The notes under the pieces were generated by a model. The model saw nothing but the letters and a program-made list of their open reading frames with translations, was not told the DNA's origin and did no database searches. DNA of 59,571 bases from an uncultured delta proteobacterium. GTDB taxonomy: Bacteria > Desulfobacterota > Binatia > Bin18. The stretch lies in contig CAVTCR010000011.1 in assembly GCA_963733195.1 (NCBI GenBank), forward strand, positions 1 through 59,571. Direction: 5' to 3'. The translations under genes were made by a program, and so were the position numbers. Shown here one piece after another: positions 1 through 10,400 of this stretch. Each line of letters begins with the position of its first letter. Position 1 is the stretch's first letter.

Positions 1-276
1 GCAGGAACAAGGAGTGAAGATTCCCGATTCCTACAAATTTGCGGTGGGGCTTTGCAAGGAGAGCGGACTGGGAAGTCCGTCGACGATCTCATCGACGGTG
101 GCATGTTCTGTATGGGCAATCCAGACGCCTGCATTAACACCTTAAAGAAGTATCAAGCTGCAGGCATCGATCAGGTCCTGTGTTTCATGCAATTCGGTGG
201 TCTTCCGCACCAGGACATCATGGATTCAATTCGCCTCTTCGGCAAACACGTCATTCCGTATTTTCGCCACGCTTGA
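1..276 (+). CDS. LLM-class flavin-dependent oxidoreductase, C-terminal part (runs off left edge)
   Basis: C-terminus GNPDACINTLKKYQAAGIDQVLCFMQFGGLPHQDIMDSIRLFGKHVIPYF is typical of luciferase-like monooxygenases; probable indel near 50. Confidence 0.8.
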   Translation, partial: AGTRSEDSRFLQICGGALQGERTGKSVDDLIDGGMFCMGNPDACINTLKKYQAAGIDQVLCFMQFGGLPHQDIMDSIRLFGKHVIPYFRHA

Positions 277-559
277 TGATCAAGTCACGCACCAAAGACG
301 ACTGTCAACATGCCGATCGACCCGTGCTCAATACCATTGACAGCAAAGGCGGTCGGCTCGTTGTCGTTCTGGAGACGTGCCACATAAAGCAGTGGCAAGT
401 AATGATCAGGCGTGGGTACTGAAAGGTGGGCTACGGACCTACCCCCTCATCATTTACCAACGCTCTGTGATTTTTCTTTTGCAATGCTTCGAGGACGCGT
501 TCGTTGTACTGTACAAATGACATCCAGACTTCCACATTTTTCCCCTTCCTCTCTCGTCC

Positions 560-1546
560 TCACCCCAACATCGACTCCAGCACTTCTGCATTCACTGGTG
601 TAGGCGGACGGTGGCCGGAAAGAAAAGCGGCAATATTCTTCGCCGCAAGGGTAGCCATACGGGTGCGTGTGGCGACACTGGCACTACCAACGTGCGGAAC
701 GATGAGACAGTTGTCTAATGACAGCAAAGGATCATCCAATGGAATCGGCTCTGGATCTGTCACATCAAGTGCGGCACCAGCAATCACTCCGTCCCTCAAG
801 GCTTCATACAAAGCCCGTTGATCAACGATCGGTCCGCGCGCCGCGTTAATGAGAAACGCCGTCCGTTTCATCAACTGAAACTGAGACGTTGATAGCAGGT
901 GACGAGTCTCTGGTGAGAGGGGAACGAGGACCACAACAAAATCTGATTCATGCAATAGTGTTGGCAGGTCAACCCACGTACAACCGAATCGCTCTTCTGT
1001 TTCAGGGTTCCGACCACGATTGGTATAGAGGACCCGCATGTCGAAACCTTGCGCACGTTTGGCCACTTCGGTGCCGATGCGTCCTAAGCCGATAATCCCA
1101 AGGGTAGCGTGGTGAACGTCGGTACCAAGGAAAACAAACGGGCTCCACGTCGGCCAACTTCCTGAGCGGACAAGGCGTTCTCCTTCGCCAATTCGTCGAG
1201 CGATAGCAAGAAGCAAGGCAAATGCGAGATCTGCCGTAGTCTCGGTCAGCACCCCTGGAGTATTGGTAAAAACAATTCCATGACGCGTCAGTGCTGGGAC
1301 ATCGACATTGTCATAACCGACAGCCATATTGGCGACAATCCGCAGCCGAGGTGCATGCGATAAGAGGTCTTGATCAATACGTTCGGTTACCATGCAGAGG
1401 AGTGCATCAGTGTCGTGCACTTCTTGAAGTAGAACGTCTCGCGAGATGGCTTGGTCGCGTTCCCACACCTTGAGATCACCATACGGACGCAGTAAAGCAA
1501 GGGCCGTCTCTGGAATTTGGCGTGTGACATAGATTTTCGTGGGCAT
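560..1546 (-). CDS. D-2-hydroxyacid dehydrogenase (glyoxylate/hydroxypyruvate reductase, GyaR-like)
   Basis: MAVGYDNVD, TPGVLTETTADLAF, GIIGLGRIG Rossmann motif, INAARG, LDVTDPEP, PHVGSA; ATG at 1546 with GGAGG RBS. Confidence 0.9.
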   Translation of the reverse strand: MPTKIYVTRQIPETALALLRPYGDLKVWERDQAISRDVLLQEVHDTDALLCMVTERIDQDLLSHAPRLRIVANMAVGYDNVDVPALTRHGIVFTNTPGVLTETTADLAFALLLAIARRIGEGERLVRSGSWPTWSPFVFLGTDVHHATLGIIGLGRIGTEVAKRAQGFDMRVLYTNRGRNPETEERFGCTWVDLPTLLHESDFVVVLVPLSPETRHLLSTSQFQLMKRTAFLINAARGPIVDQRALYEALRDGVIAGAALDVTDPEPIPLDDPLLSLDNCLIVPHVGSASVATRTRMATLAAKNIAAFLSGHRPPTPVNAEVLESMLG

Positions 1547-1634
1547 GTTCCGCCTCCCGGAGAAAAATGGCATAAGGGTGAACGTCATCATTAAGAAGGG
1601 TCGGCCGGAAAGCAACCCGCACGGGAGGATCGTT

Positions 1635-2042
1635 ATGAAAGAGCCGCCATCAGAGAAAAGCATGCAGCGTATGCGTGTATACGTACAGAAATACTGGGAA
1701 AAAAGTGGCACGTTTCCCCATCCTGACAAAGAAGTGACCGAAGCCGTCGTCCTCGGACTCGCTGGAAACATCGATGAAGTTGGACGACCGTTGTGTCCGT
1801 GTAATTTCTACCCAGACAAAAAGGCCGAGCTCGACCGCAGTCGCGAATGGGTCTGTGCCTGCGATGAAATGAAACAATGGAAGTATTGCCATTGTTTACT
1901 GTTTGTGACACCAGAGGGGATGCCAATCACCGAACACCTCCCTGAAGATCACGAAGGCCGGCAAATTTACGGCTTGGTGAAAGACCCCACGCCGGGTAAA
2001 GGGCGAGAGGCGTTCAAAGCAGCCAACGAAACAGAAGAATGA
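1635..2042 (+). CDS. Ferredoxin-thioredoxin reductase catalytic subunit family protein
   Basis: CPC...CAC...CHC motif triad (LCPC, VCACDE, YCHCLLF); GGAGG RBS before ATG 1635. Confidence 0.85.
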   Translation: MKEPPSEKSMQRMRVYVQKYWEKSGTFPHPDKEVTEAVVLGLAGNIDEVGRPLCPCNFYPDKKAELDRSREWVCACDEMKQWKYCHCLLFVTPEGMPITEHLPEDHEGRQIYGLVKDPTPGKGREAFKAANETEE

Positions 2043-2075
2043 CAGGCGTTCGCTACAATAGAAGGAGGGAAGGTT

Positions 2076-2960
2076 ATGAAAATCGGATTTTTTGCTGTTG
2101 GTATCGGCCCTGCGGCTGACCCTGAAATCCTCGCAACGACGGCCCAGACTGCCGAGACGTGCGGGTTTCACTCGTTGTGGGCTCCAGAGCATGTCGTGCT
2201 GATTGACCAGTACGTTTCCAAATATCCCTACTCAGCAGACGGCAGATTGCCGATGCCAACGACCAAGATTGACATTCTGGACCCCTATGTCGCCCTGACC
2301 TACGCGGCGGCGCTGACCAAAAAGATTCGTCTTGGGACGGGTATCAGTTTGATCCCAGAGCGCAGTCCTGTTGTCACGGCAAAAGAAGTTGCCAGTCTGG
2401 ATAAATTGTCCGGTGGTCGTTTTGATCTAGGCGTGGGTATTGGCTGGCTCGCAGAAGAATTCACTGCGGTTAACGTGCCGTGGGAACGGCGAGCCGAACG
2501 GACGCGCGAGTATCTCAAAGCGATGAAGCTCCTGTGGACCAACGAAGAGCCCGAGTTCAAGGGCGAATTTCTCAGTTTTCCTAAAGTGCGCATGTATCCC
2601 AAGCCAGTGCAGAAGCCATATCCACCGATCATCTTCGGTGGCGAGAGCACCCCAGCCCTCAAGCGTGTAGGGGAAGTGGGAGATGGTTGGTTTGGTGTGA
2701 ATGTGACTCCGGAAGCTGCGCCGACCTTGCTTGCACGCATGAAGCAATACGCGCAGGCGGCAGGACGTGGGAACGTGAAACTCTCGTTCGCCGTATCGCC
2801 TGGCATCGGCTCACCGGTCGAACTCGACGCGATCAAGCGATACCGCGACGCAGGTGTGGACCAAGTGATTGTCGGCGCGATTCCGAGTGACGCAAAGACA
2901 GTGAAAGGTGCGATCGAGCAGTTGGCGGAAAAGCTAGTCGTCCCGTCAGCGAAGCTATAG
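2076..2960 (+). CDS. LLM-class, probably F420-dependent oxidoreductase (Rv2161c-like)
   Basis: GFHSLWAPEHVV, LGTG, SLDKLSGGRFDLGVGIGW, PKPVQKP..PIIFGG motifs. Confidence 0.85.
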   Translation: MKIGFFAVGIGPAADPEILATTAQTAETCGFHSLWAPEHVVLIDQYVSKYPYSADGRLPMPTTKIDILDPYVALTYAAALTKKIRLGTGISLIPERSPVVTAKEVASLDKLSGGRFDLGVGIGWLAEEFTAVNVPWERRAERTREYLKAMKLLWTNEEPEFKGEFLSFPKVRMYPKPVQKPYPPIIFGGESTPALKRVGEVGDGWFGVNVTPEAAPTLLARMKQYAQAAGRGNVKLSFAVSPGIGSPVELDAIKRYRDAGVDQVIVGAIPSDAKTVKGAIEQLAEKLVVPSAKL

Positions 2961-2980
2961 GCCAAACTTACACCAGGTTC

Positions 2981-3012
2981 GGTGGGCAAAAGCGCAGCGT
3001 TGCCCACCCTAC
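2981..3012. repeat. GTAG-type REP-like hairpin between convergent genes
   Basis: GGTGGGCAA...TTGCCCACC inverted repeat followed by CTAC. Confidence 0.5.
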
Positions 3013-3045
3013 TTCTATCCCTCTCTAAGAACTGGAAACTGGCAA

Positions 3046-3513
3046 CTATTCCAGGAGAACCTCCACCGCTTTCCCATGTCCGATCGACGAACCGACCATC
3101 CCGGCAAGACGTGCGCCAATGTATTTTGCGCTGAACAAACTATGAATGCGTTCTGTCTCTTTTTCATCATCAATAAACTTGGCCTTACCAGGAAACGATA
3201 TCGAGCCAATTTTGAGCGTCATTTGCGGGTTCTTCTTAAGGTTCTGATACCAATCAGACTTTCCCCCTTTTCCAGATTGTAAATACAGGTGACCCTGGTC
3301 GTAGACAAACCAGATTGGTTTGGTGTGCGCCTTGCCACTCTTGCGACCAGTTGTCGTAAGATCAACTGTCGATTCGTTGGCAACTTTCTCCAAGTCTGTT
3401 GTAGTAACCGGCTTTGCTTCTTGAGCAAAAAGAAAAACTGAAGGGCTCACACATAGCGCCATCCCGAAAATCAAAGCAAGAAACCATCGCTCACAGTCAT
3501 ATTTTGCCGTCAT
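3046..3513 (-). CDS. Deazaflavin-dependent nitroreductase-like (FDOR-A/DDN) protein with N-terminal signal peptide
   Basis: LTTTGRKSGK and DWYQNLKKNP motifs; hydrophobic N-terminus ending FLFA-QE. Confidence 0.75.
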   Translation of the reverse strand: MTAKYDCERWFLALIFGMALCVSPSVFLFAQEAKPVTTTDLEKVANESTVDLTTTGRKSGKAHTKPIWFVYDQGHLYLQSGKGGKSDWYQNLKKNPQMTLKIGSISFPGKAKFIDDEKETERIHSLFSAKYIGARLAGMVGSSIGHGKAVEVLLE

Positions 3514-3651
3514 TTGTTCTCCTCATTCATCGTTCAGCGTTCAGCATTTCTTTGCATTCTTCATTCTTCATTGACTTCCCGCAATCCCTTGCTTTGCCGC
3601 TGTCTTGAAGTGTGGTAGATGCTCGGCAACACACCTCAAAGGATAGACACT

Positions 3652-4593
3652 ATGACTACTCCCGCCGTGCGTTTTGGCCTTTCGCTCACGACCGCCCATC
3701 CACAAAGTACTGACCCACAGCAATGTGTTCGCGATCTTTTGGAGCGAGTGCAGACCGCCCGCGAGCTAGGTTTTCATTCTGTATGGGTTGGCGATCATCA
3801 TGTGACTCCGCATCATTATCTACAAAACATTCCGATGATTGCCCGAATCTCCGCGGTCTCCGGTACGATGCAGATTGGTGCGTTATTCATGTTGCCACTT
3901 TTTCACCCGGTGTTACTTGCCGAACAGATTGCGACACTCGACGTGATCTGCGAAGGACGCTTTACGCTCAAAACTGCTGGAGGTGGGCAACAAGATGCCC
4001 ATGCAGCTTTCGGCATCCCGTGGAAGGAGCGGGCTGGTCGCTTTGAGGAATGCCTAGAGATCATGCGGAAGCTCTGGACTAGTGATAACGTGACCCATCA
4101 AGGAAAATACTGGCAGTTCTCTAATGTGACCATCAACCCTAAACCCGTACAGCAGCCACTGCCGGTGTGGCTTGGTGGCGATGCCGATGGTCCAGTGCGC
4201 CGTGCCGCTCGTCTCGTTGACGGTTGGCTCATTGCTCCGTGGATGTCCCTTCGTCAATGCGAAGAACGGATTGGATTCTACCGTAAAGCACTACAAGAAT
4301 ACGGGCGGACAGTCAGTGAACTCCCTATTCGTCGCGACATTTACGTTGCCCCAGATCTCGCCACAGCGAAAAAACATGCCGATCCGGTTATTCAGTCAGG
4401 CTACCGTGGGTTTACTGGTGAGAAACTCGAAGCGTTATTCGTCGGCGGCCCGGACGAGGTCATCGCCGAGATTGAGAAATACCGCCGCCTTGGCTGTAAT
4501 CACTTTCTCTTTCGCCATATCGTCCGTGAGCAGAGTCAGATGTTATCGTCTATCCGTCTTTTGGGAGAGAAAGTCATTCCCCATTTCCAGTGA
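3652..4593 (+). CDS. LLM-class flavin-dependent oxidoreductase
   Basis: GFHSVWVGDHH, HPVLLAEQIATLDVICEGRF, PKPVQQPLPVWLGG. Confidence 0.85.
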   Translation: MTTPAVRFGLSLTTAHPQSTDPQQCVRDLLERVQTARELGFHSVWVGDHHVTPHHYLQNIPMIARISAVSGTMQIGALFMLPLFHPVLLAEQIATLDVICEGRFTLKTAGGGQQDAHAAFGIPWKERAGRFEECLEIMRKLWTSDNVTHQGKYWQFSNVTINPKPVQQPLPVWLGGDADGPVRRAARLVDGWLIAPWMSLRQCEERIGFYRKALQEYGRTVSELPIRRDIYVAPDLATAKKHADPVIQSGYRGFTGEKLEALFVGGPDEVIAEIEKYRRLGCNHFLFRHIVREQSQMLSSIRLLGEKVIPHFQ

Positions 4594-4658
4594 GGACCTT
4601 TTCTCCGCAACAAAGAGTTGGTAGCGTAGAAGAAGTTTACATGCAGAGGAGGAGCCCT

Positions 4659-4991
4659 ATGGCAACCCAGTACCATTTCACAATCGCGAATGAGGCAATC
4701 AATGTATGCGCAGGAAAGTGTGAGAAACCCAGCATCACACTGACTATGAAGGAGAGCGATTACCTCGATATGATCAACGGCAAGCTCAACGGACAGATGG
4801 CGTTTATGACGGGAAAATTGAAGATTGCTGGCGATATGGGACTCGCTCTCAAACTGCAAAGTCTATTCAAGCCCAGTGCAGGTGGTTCCCCAGCCACAAC
4901 CGTACAACAAGTGATGGATGGTATGAAGGATACATTTAATAAAGATGCTGCCAAAGGGATGAATGCCACGTTTCAGTTTGATTTAACCTAA
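4659..4991 (+). CDS. SCP2 sterol/lipid-binding domain protein, circularly permuted (110 aa)
   Basis: SCP2 C-terminal signature GKLNGQMAFMTGKLKIAGDMGLALKLQSLF precedes the usual N-terminal segment TTVQQVMDGMKDTFNKDAAKGMNATFQFDLT; GAGGAGGAG RBS upstream. Confidence 0.85.
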   Translation: MATQYHFTIANEAINVCAGKCEKPSITLTMKESDYLDMINGKLNGQMAFMTGKLKIAGDMGLALKLQSLFKPSAGGSPATTVQQVMDGMKDTFNKDAAKGMNATFQFDLT

Positions 4992-5005
4992 CAGATCGTG
5001 AAAGA

Positions 5006-5029
5006 GGGCGCAGTATGCTGCGCCCCTAC
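5006..5029. terminator. REP-like hairpin / putative terminator between convergent genes
   Basis: GGGCGCAG-TATG-CTGCGCCC stem followed by CTAC. Confidence 0.55.
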
Positions 5030-5108
5030 ATTTCCCCCTTTACCATTTACTTGTTTCCATCTCTATCCGTATTGCAGTTTCGTCGTTTTCCCATTTTCTC
5101 TTCGCGGC

Positions 5109-6314
5109 TCATCGGTACAATAGCACCGACTCGCGTTCATTGCGCCAGGTGGCCTCGTCTGGGTGAGCAAGAGCATCAAGGTCAGCGGGTGTGGCCGCAG
5201 GATCATCGATCCATTGGCGTAACAGCGGACTACCGGTGATCACATCGATAGCCAGCCGGTCGCGTTCGTATTCATAGGGAAAGTCACGCCACAGATCAAA
5301 GTCCGGTCGCAGAGTCCGTAAGGATTTGAACGCCAGCGAGAGTAATCGCCAGGGCCGAAACGTGTCATGATTGTAGCTCGCGTCTTCAACGTGAATCTGT
5401 ATGCCCGCGCATAGCTTGCCAACGTGCTTATGAAACGTCGGCTCGAACCAACATTCCCTTAGTCGACAGCCATGCAGCCAGTGTGGTGCAAGGGATTCCA
5501 TCTTTGCGAGGAGCGAACGAGGGGTAAGATCTGGCGCCCCGAAAAGCTCTAAAGGGTGCGTCGTGCCACGCCCCTCGGAAAGTGTCGAGCCTTCCAGCAT
5601 CACTGTTCCAGCGTAGCAGCGGACCATCCAGAGATTCGAGGCGTTCGGGCTGGGGTTCACCCAGGTGCGCTCGCCGAGCGGCCAGCCATATCCCGGTGCG
5701 CTCGTAGGGTTCCAGCCATTCATGGTTACGACGTTGCATTCGACATCTAAATGCAACGTCTTCACAAACCATCCCGCGAGTTCACCCAGAGTGAGACCAT
5801 GACGCATCGGCAGCGGTCCCGCGCCGACAAAGCTTTCCCAGCCCGGTCGCAGCCGCAGACCTTCCACCGGACGACCTGCCGGATTGGGTCGGTCAAGAAT
5901 CCAGACCGCCTTCCGGTGCTCCGCAGCCGCTTCGAGGACGTATCGTAGTGTTGTGACAAAGGTATAGATGCGACAGCCCACATCCTGCAGATCGACGAGC
6001 AGAACGTCGAAGCTGTCCATCATCGCTGGTGTGGGACGGCGCACTTCGCCATAGAGGCTGAAGATCGGAATCCCGTGGATAGGGTCGTTGAAGTCTGGTG
6101 ACTCGACCATATTATCCTGCTTGTCCCCGCGCAGTCCGTGTTGCGGACCGAAGGCAGCAACGAGCTTGATGTCGTTGAGCGCCGCGAGCGCGTCGAGAGA
6201 GTGAACTAGATCGCGTGTCACCGACGCTGGGTGAGCAAGCAACGCCACGCGGCGACCGGCGAGAGGTTTTCGTAGGGCAGGCTCTTCCAGCAGACGATCG
6301 ATTCCGAACTTCAT
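5109..6314 (-). CDS. namZ: DUF1343 family exo-beta-N-acetylmuramidase (NamZ-like)
   Basis: FGPQHG, DLQDVGCRIYTF, LDRPNP, PMRHGLTLGEL, SEGRGTT motifs. Confidence 0.85.
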   Translation of the reverse strand: MKFGIDRLLEEPALRKPLAGRRVALLAHPASVTRDLVHSLDALAALNDIKLVAAFGPQHGLRGDKQDNMVESPDFNDPIHGIPIFSLYGEVRRPTPAMMDSFDVLLVDLQDVGCRIYTFVTTLRYVLEAAAEHRKAVWILDRPNPAGRPVEGLRLRPGWESFVGAGPLPMRHGLTLGELAGWFVKTLHLDVECNVVTMNGWNPTSAPGYGWPLGERTWVNPSPNASNLWMVRCYAGTVMLEGSTLSEGRGTTHPLELFGAPDLTPRSLLAKMESLAPHWLHGCRLRECWFEPTFHKHVGKLCAGIQIHVEDASYNHDTFRPWRLLSLAFKSLRTLRPDFDLWRDFPYEYERDRLAIDVITGSPLLRQWIDDPAATPADLDALAHPDEATWRNERESVLLYR

Positions 6315-6922
6315 TAGTTTTCCTTTTCTGTGGTTTCTCTCTTCGGTGGTACGATCTCCAACGCAAAGGAGTCAGGATGATGGAAATCAGGCTTGCCGGG
6401 CGGGTGTTTGAGTGCCCAGTAAGACAACTTCCCACTGTCATCTTCGATCACCGCAGATAACGCCAGTCGTAGTGGCTGTGTCGCCAGTAGATGCGGTAGG
6501 CGAGTACGAATGTCAAGTTCGAGACGATCTGCTGCCCTACGCACGAGCATCTGAGGTACGTGCGCTTCCTCTGCAAGTGACGTGCGGTCACGATAGCCAC
6601 GAAATTGATACACTGCCCATTCGCTCGAAGGAGAAAAATTAAACTCCCAGTACGCCGAATCGCCTTTTGCAGAAACGAACGCCTCAAAGCAGGTATGCTG
6701 CCAAAGGCCGTCGACTTTGGCTGGCAGTTGCGTCGGTGGAATCCACAGGCGACTACAGTCACCTGTAAGAGTATAGATCAGTGCAAACACGCCATCTTGC
6801 TGCCAGCCAATACGCACTGCGATCTCATGTACAGCCTGATTGATCGTCGTAGGGTGACACATGAGCACGGTAGTGCACGTCAGAGAGTACTCGATCATGT
6901 TGGTAGACTCAGCCATAAACAT
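6314..6922 (-). CDS. DOMON-like domain protein
   Basis: LWQHTCFEAF, YWEFNFSPS, SYWAL.HP.GKPDFHH motifs; stop overlaps the namZ start; exact start uncertain. Confidence 0.7.
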   Translation of the reverse strand: MFMAESTNMIEYSLTCTTVLMCHPTTINQAVHEIAVRIGWQQDGVFALIYTLTGDCSRLWIPPTQLPAKVDGLWQHTCFEAFVSAKGDSAYWEFNFSPSSEWAVYQFRGYRDRTSLAEEAHVPQMLVRRAADRLELDIRTRLPHLLATQPLRLALSAVIEDDSGKLSYWALKHPPGKPDFHHPDSFALEIVPPKRETTEKEN

Positions 6923-7417
6923 ACCTGATGGTGAAGGTTACCGTGTTGCCAGGTATGAAAGGCGAAAACAAGAATACAATTCCCTAAGCCCAGGCGAAAG
7001 TAGCACTGTCAGCGAGAGTGTTTGGCACTCGTTATACCCACGTGACAATGGGTCCCTTCTCTCCTGGTGGGAAATGGGTCCTAGACTCCTCCCTTTGACT
7101 TTCCGCGACCCCGGGCCTCGGACGCTGGACTTCTTCCCCATTCATTATTCTGCATTCTACATTCATCATTATTTGATGACGCTGGGATTCGGCTTTGCCT
7201 CATCTCAGCCTGCGTTACTGTCAATTCTCATTTCCATGCTGTCTTCAAAATTTTCCACCATAGCTTTGTGACACGTCTGAAAGCCTCCTAGGAACTTCAG
7301 CTACTTTTCGCTTTTCCGCTGTACTTATTCTCTATCTACACCCGAAGAATGACCACCTCGGCGACGGGCCCAATTCTTGCTCATTCCTCCATATTGATGC
7401 TCAGGGCTCATGACATT

Positions 7418-10400
7418 ATGGCGAAGATTATCCCTATCTCCCTATCGCCTTCATGCGACCGTAGAGCAGACGAATCTCCCTCTATTGCTACGTTTCCCTC
7501 CCGTTTTGTCGGCAGGGAACGTGAGCTCGAGGAGTTGCGTCAAGCGTTGAGCGATGCAGCAACAGGTCGAGGACGGTTGGTCTTGTTAGCAGGAGAAGCC
7601 GGCATTGGCAAAACCCGTCTGGCGGAAGAATTCACACTCATTGCGTTGCAACGGAAAGCCGAGGTCGTGTGGGGGCGCTGTTGGGAAGGAGAAGGAGCTC
7701 CTGCCTTCTGGCCGTGGCTCCAGATGCTCCGAACCCTGATCCACGCTCGGGATACTCACCTCTTACGCAAGGAGTTGGGTGCGGGCGCGGCCGATATTGC
7801 ACACGTCGTCTCAGAGCTTCGTTCACAGTTCCCTGAGATACAACCACCAACAGTGCTTGATCTTCAACATGCCCGCTTTCGTTTCTTCGATAGCGTGACG
7901 GTATTTCTGAGAAATGCCGCACGGACCCATCCGCTCGTTCTTATTCTCGATGATCTGCACTGGGCCGATACGCCATCACTCTTGCTGTTACGATTCCTGG
8001 CTCGTGAGCTTGCAGGCACACACCTGTGCCTCATTGGTACCTATCGCGACGGGGAAGTCGACCGTGCGCATCCCCTCGCCGATACCCTCGGCAAACTGAC
8101 CCGGGAGGGAACAATCCTCACGCTGGGTGGACTCGCTAGAAGTGATGTCTCTCGTTTAATTGAGAACACTCTGGGAACCACTACCACGGCCAACGTCGCG
8201 GACGCTGTGTATCAGCGAACAGAAGGAAACCCGTTTTTCGTCACCGAGATCGTCCGGCTTCTGCCGGGCGACGGGGAGAGTGCTGCGGCCCTGACACCCC
8301 TTTCTTCTTCTGATATGGCGGTTCCGCAGCGCGTACGGCAAACGATTCGCCAACGATTAGAGCGCATTTCCCCTGTATGCCAGCATGTGTTGGCAACCGC
8401 CGCAGTAATGGGGCAGGAGTTCAATCTCAAGATCATAGAGAGGGTAGAGGCAGGTTTGCAATCTACTTCTACGAAAGCAACCAGGCTTGCTTCACTTGAC
8501 GAGGCCCTGGACGCGCACCTCATTACGTGCCTGCCCGGGAACCTAGGGACGTATCGTTTTTCGCATGCCCTCATTCGCGAGACGTTATATGAAGATCTGC
8601 CGCTTGGTACACGTCTCGAACTGCACCGGCAGATTGGTGTGGTACTCGAAGCACTGGACAGAACTCACGAACACCACCTTGCTGAATTAGTCTACCATTT
8701 TGAACAAGCAGCTTCTGGGGGAGAGGCGACAAAAGCGTTGACGTACGCGGTTCGTGCGGGAGAGTATGCGACTTCCCGCCTTGCCTATGAAGACGCGGTC
8801 GATCATTATGAGCGGGCGTTGCGCATGCTCGATCTGCTGGAGCCTGATGAAAAACAACGCGGTAAGCTCCTCTTGAGGTTGGGGGATGCTTGCTGGTGGG
8901 CAGGAAAAGATGCCCAGTCTCGGGAGACCTATGAGCAGGCTTTTCATCTCGCGCAACGTATAGGAGATGCAGAACTTCTTGCCCAAGCCGCACTTAGCTT
9001 CGGTCGGGTGCGAGAAGAAACGGGGGTGCTGGATTCTGTCCTCGTTGGTTTTCTCAGGGTAGCATTACAGGCTTTGGGCGATCAGCCAAGAGTTTTACGC
9101 GCCCAAGTTCTCGCCCGCCTTTCTGTTGCACTCTATTTCTCCCCTGCGGCGGACGAACGCGAGAGGCTGAGTGCGGAAGCGCTTGCCATCGCTCGCCAGC
9201 ATGGCGACCGCAGAACCCTTGCCATGGCATTGATTGCACGCCATTTTGCGCTCTGGGGGCCGGACTATACCGAAGAACGATTGAGACTCGCCACGGAAGC
9301 TATCCGCCTGGCAGAAGATCTCAATGATCGCGATCTTATACGCGAGGGACAGGCGTGGAAAATCTTTGACTTGTTTGAAATCGGAGACAGCATTGCGCTG
9401 AATCACGAAGTCCTGAGTTACGCGCAGCGCGGTAGCGATATCCGGATCCCGCGCTACCGGTGGCATCTGCTCCTCATCTCTGCAACCCGTGCGCTTTTGG
9501 CAGGCCGATTCGACGAAGGCGAACGTTTAGCTCAGGAAGCCGTTGCCTGTCGGGATGAAAACGAAGTCAACAACGCGATGCAATTCTTCGGTGTACAAAT
9601 GTTTTGGCTCCGCCGTCAGCAGGGACGGGGTGCTGAACTGGAGCCTGCGGTTGCCGCCCTGGCTGCGCAATTCCCAACCCTACCTGCCTGGCGCTGTGCA
9701 CTCGCACTACTCTACAGTGACAGTGGTGATTACGAAAAAGCCCGCCATGAGTTTCTGTCTCTCGCCGCACGAGACTTTACCGATTTCCCCCGCGATGCCA
9801 ACTGGCTCCCTGGGCTGACGGCGCTCGCTGAAGTCTGCACTTTCCTTGGTGATAGACACCGCGCCAGCCAACTCTACACGCTGCTGCTGCCATATGCGAC
9901 CCACAATATCGTCGTCGCCACCTCCGCCGCTTGTTACGGTTCGGTCGCACGTTATCTGGGACTGCTGGCGACAACCCTCACCCGCTGGGACGAGGCCGAG
10001 GCACATTTTGCCTCCGCGCTCCATTTCAATCGCCAACTGGGTAGCCGTCCGTTTGTTGCCCACACTGAGTGTGATTACGCTTCCATGCGGCTAGCACGTA
10101 ATCAGCCAGGTGACCATGAACAGGCCCAAGTTCTTTTGCAGTCCGCTTTGACGACCACACAAGAACTGGGGATGACACGGCTGAGTGAAAAAATCGAGTC
10201 TCAAATCTCAAGTCTCGCGTTCCAAGATGTGGAAGCACATAACCATCGGCCATCGTCCCCACGCAAACCGTCAGACATCAACCCTTTGACGACTGTTGAC
10301 TCCAAACCCTGCATCTCCAATTTTCCAGCTCCTAATCCCCAAGCCCTAACCCCTACTCTGTTCCGTCGCGAGGGTGAATACTGGACAATCGCTTATCAAG

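Noticed and set aside
6995-7050. CIRCE-like TAGCACT / TTGGCACTC motifs
   Set aside because: Spacing and right arms do not fit TTAGCACTC-N9-GAGTGCTAA, and no chaperone gene is adjacent.
7165-7290. Short minus-strand ORFs after an AGGAGG, with internal TGA codons
   Set aside because: No recognisable homology, redox motif or convincing SECIS.
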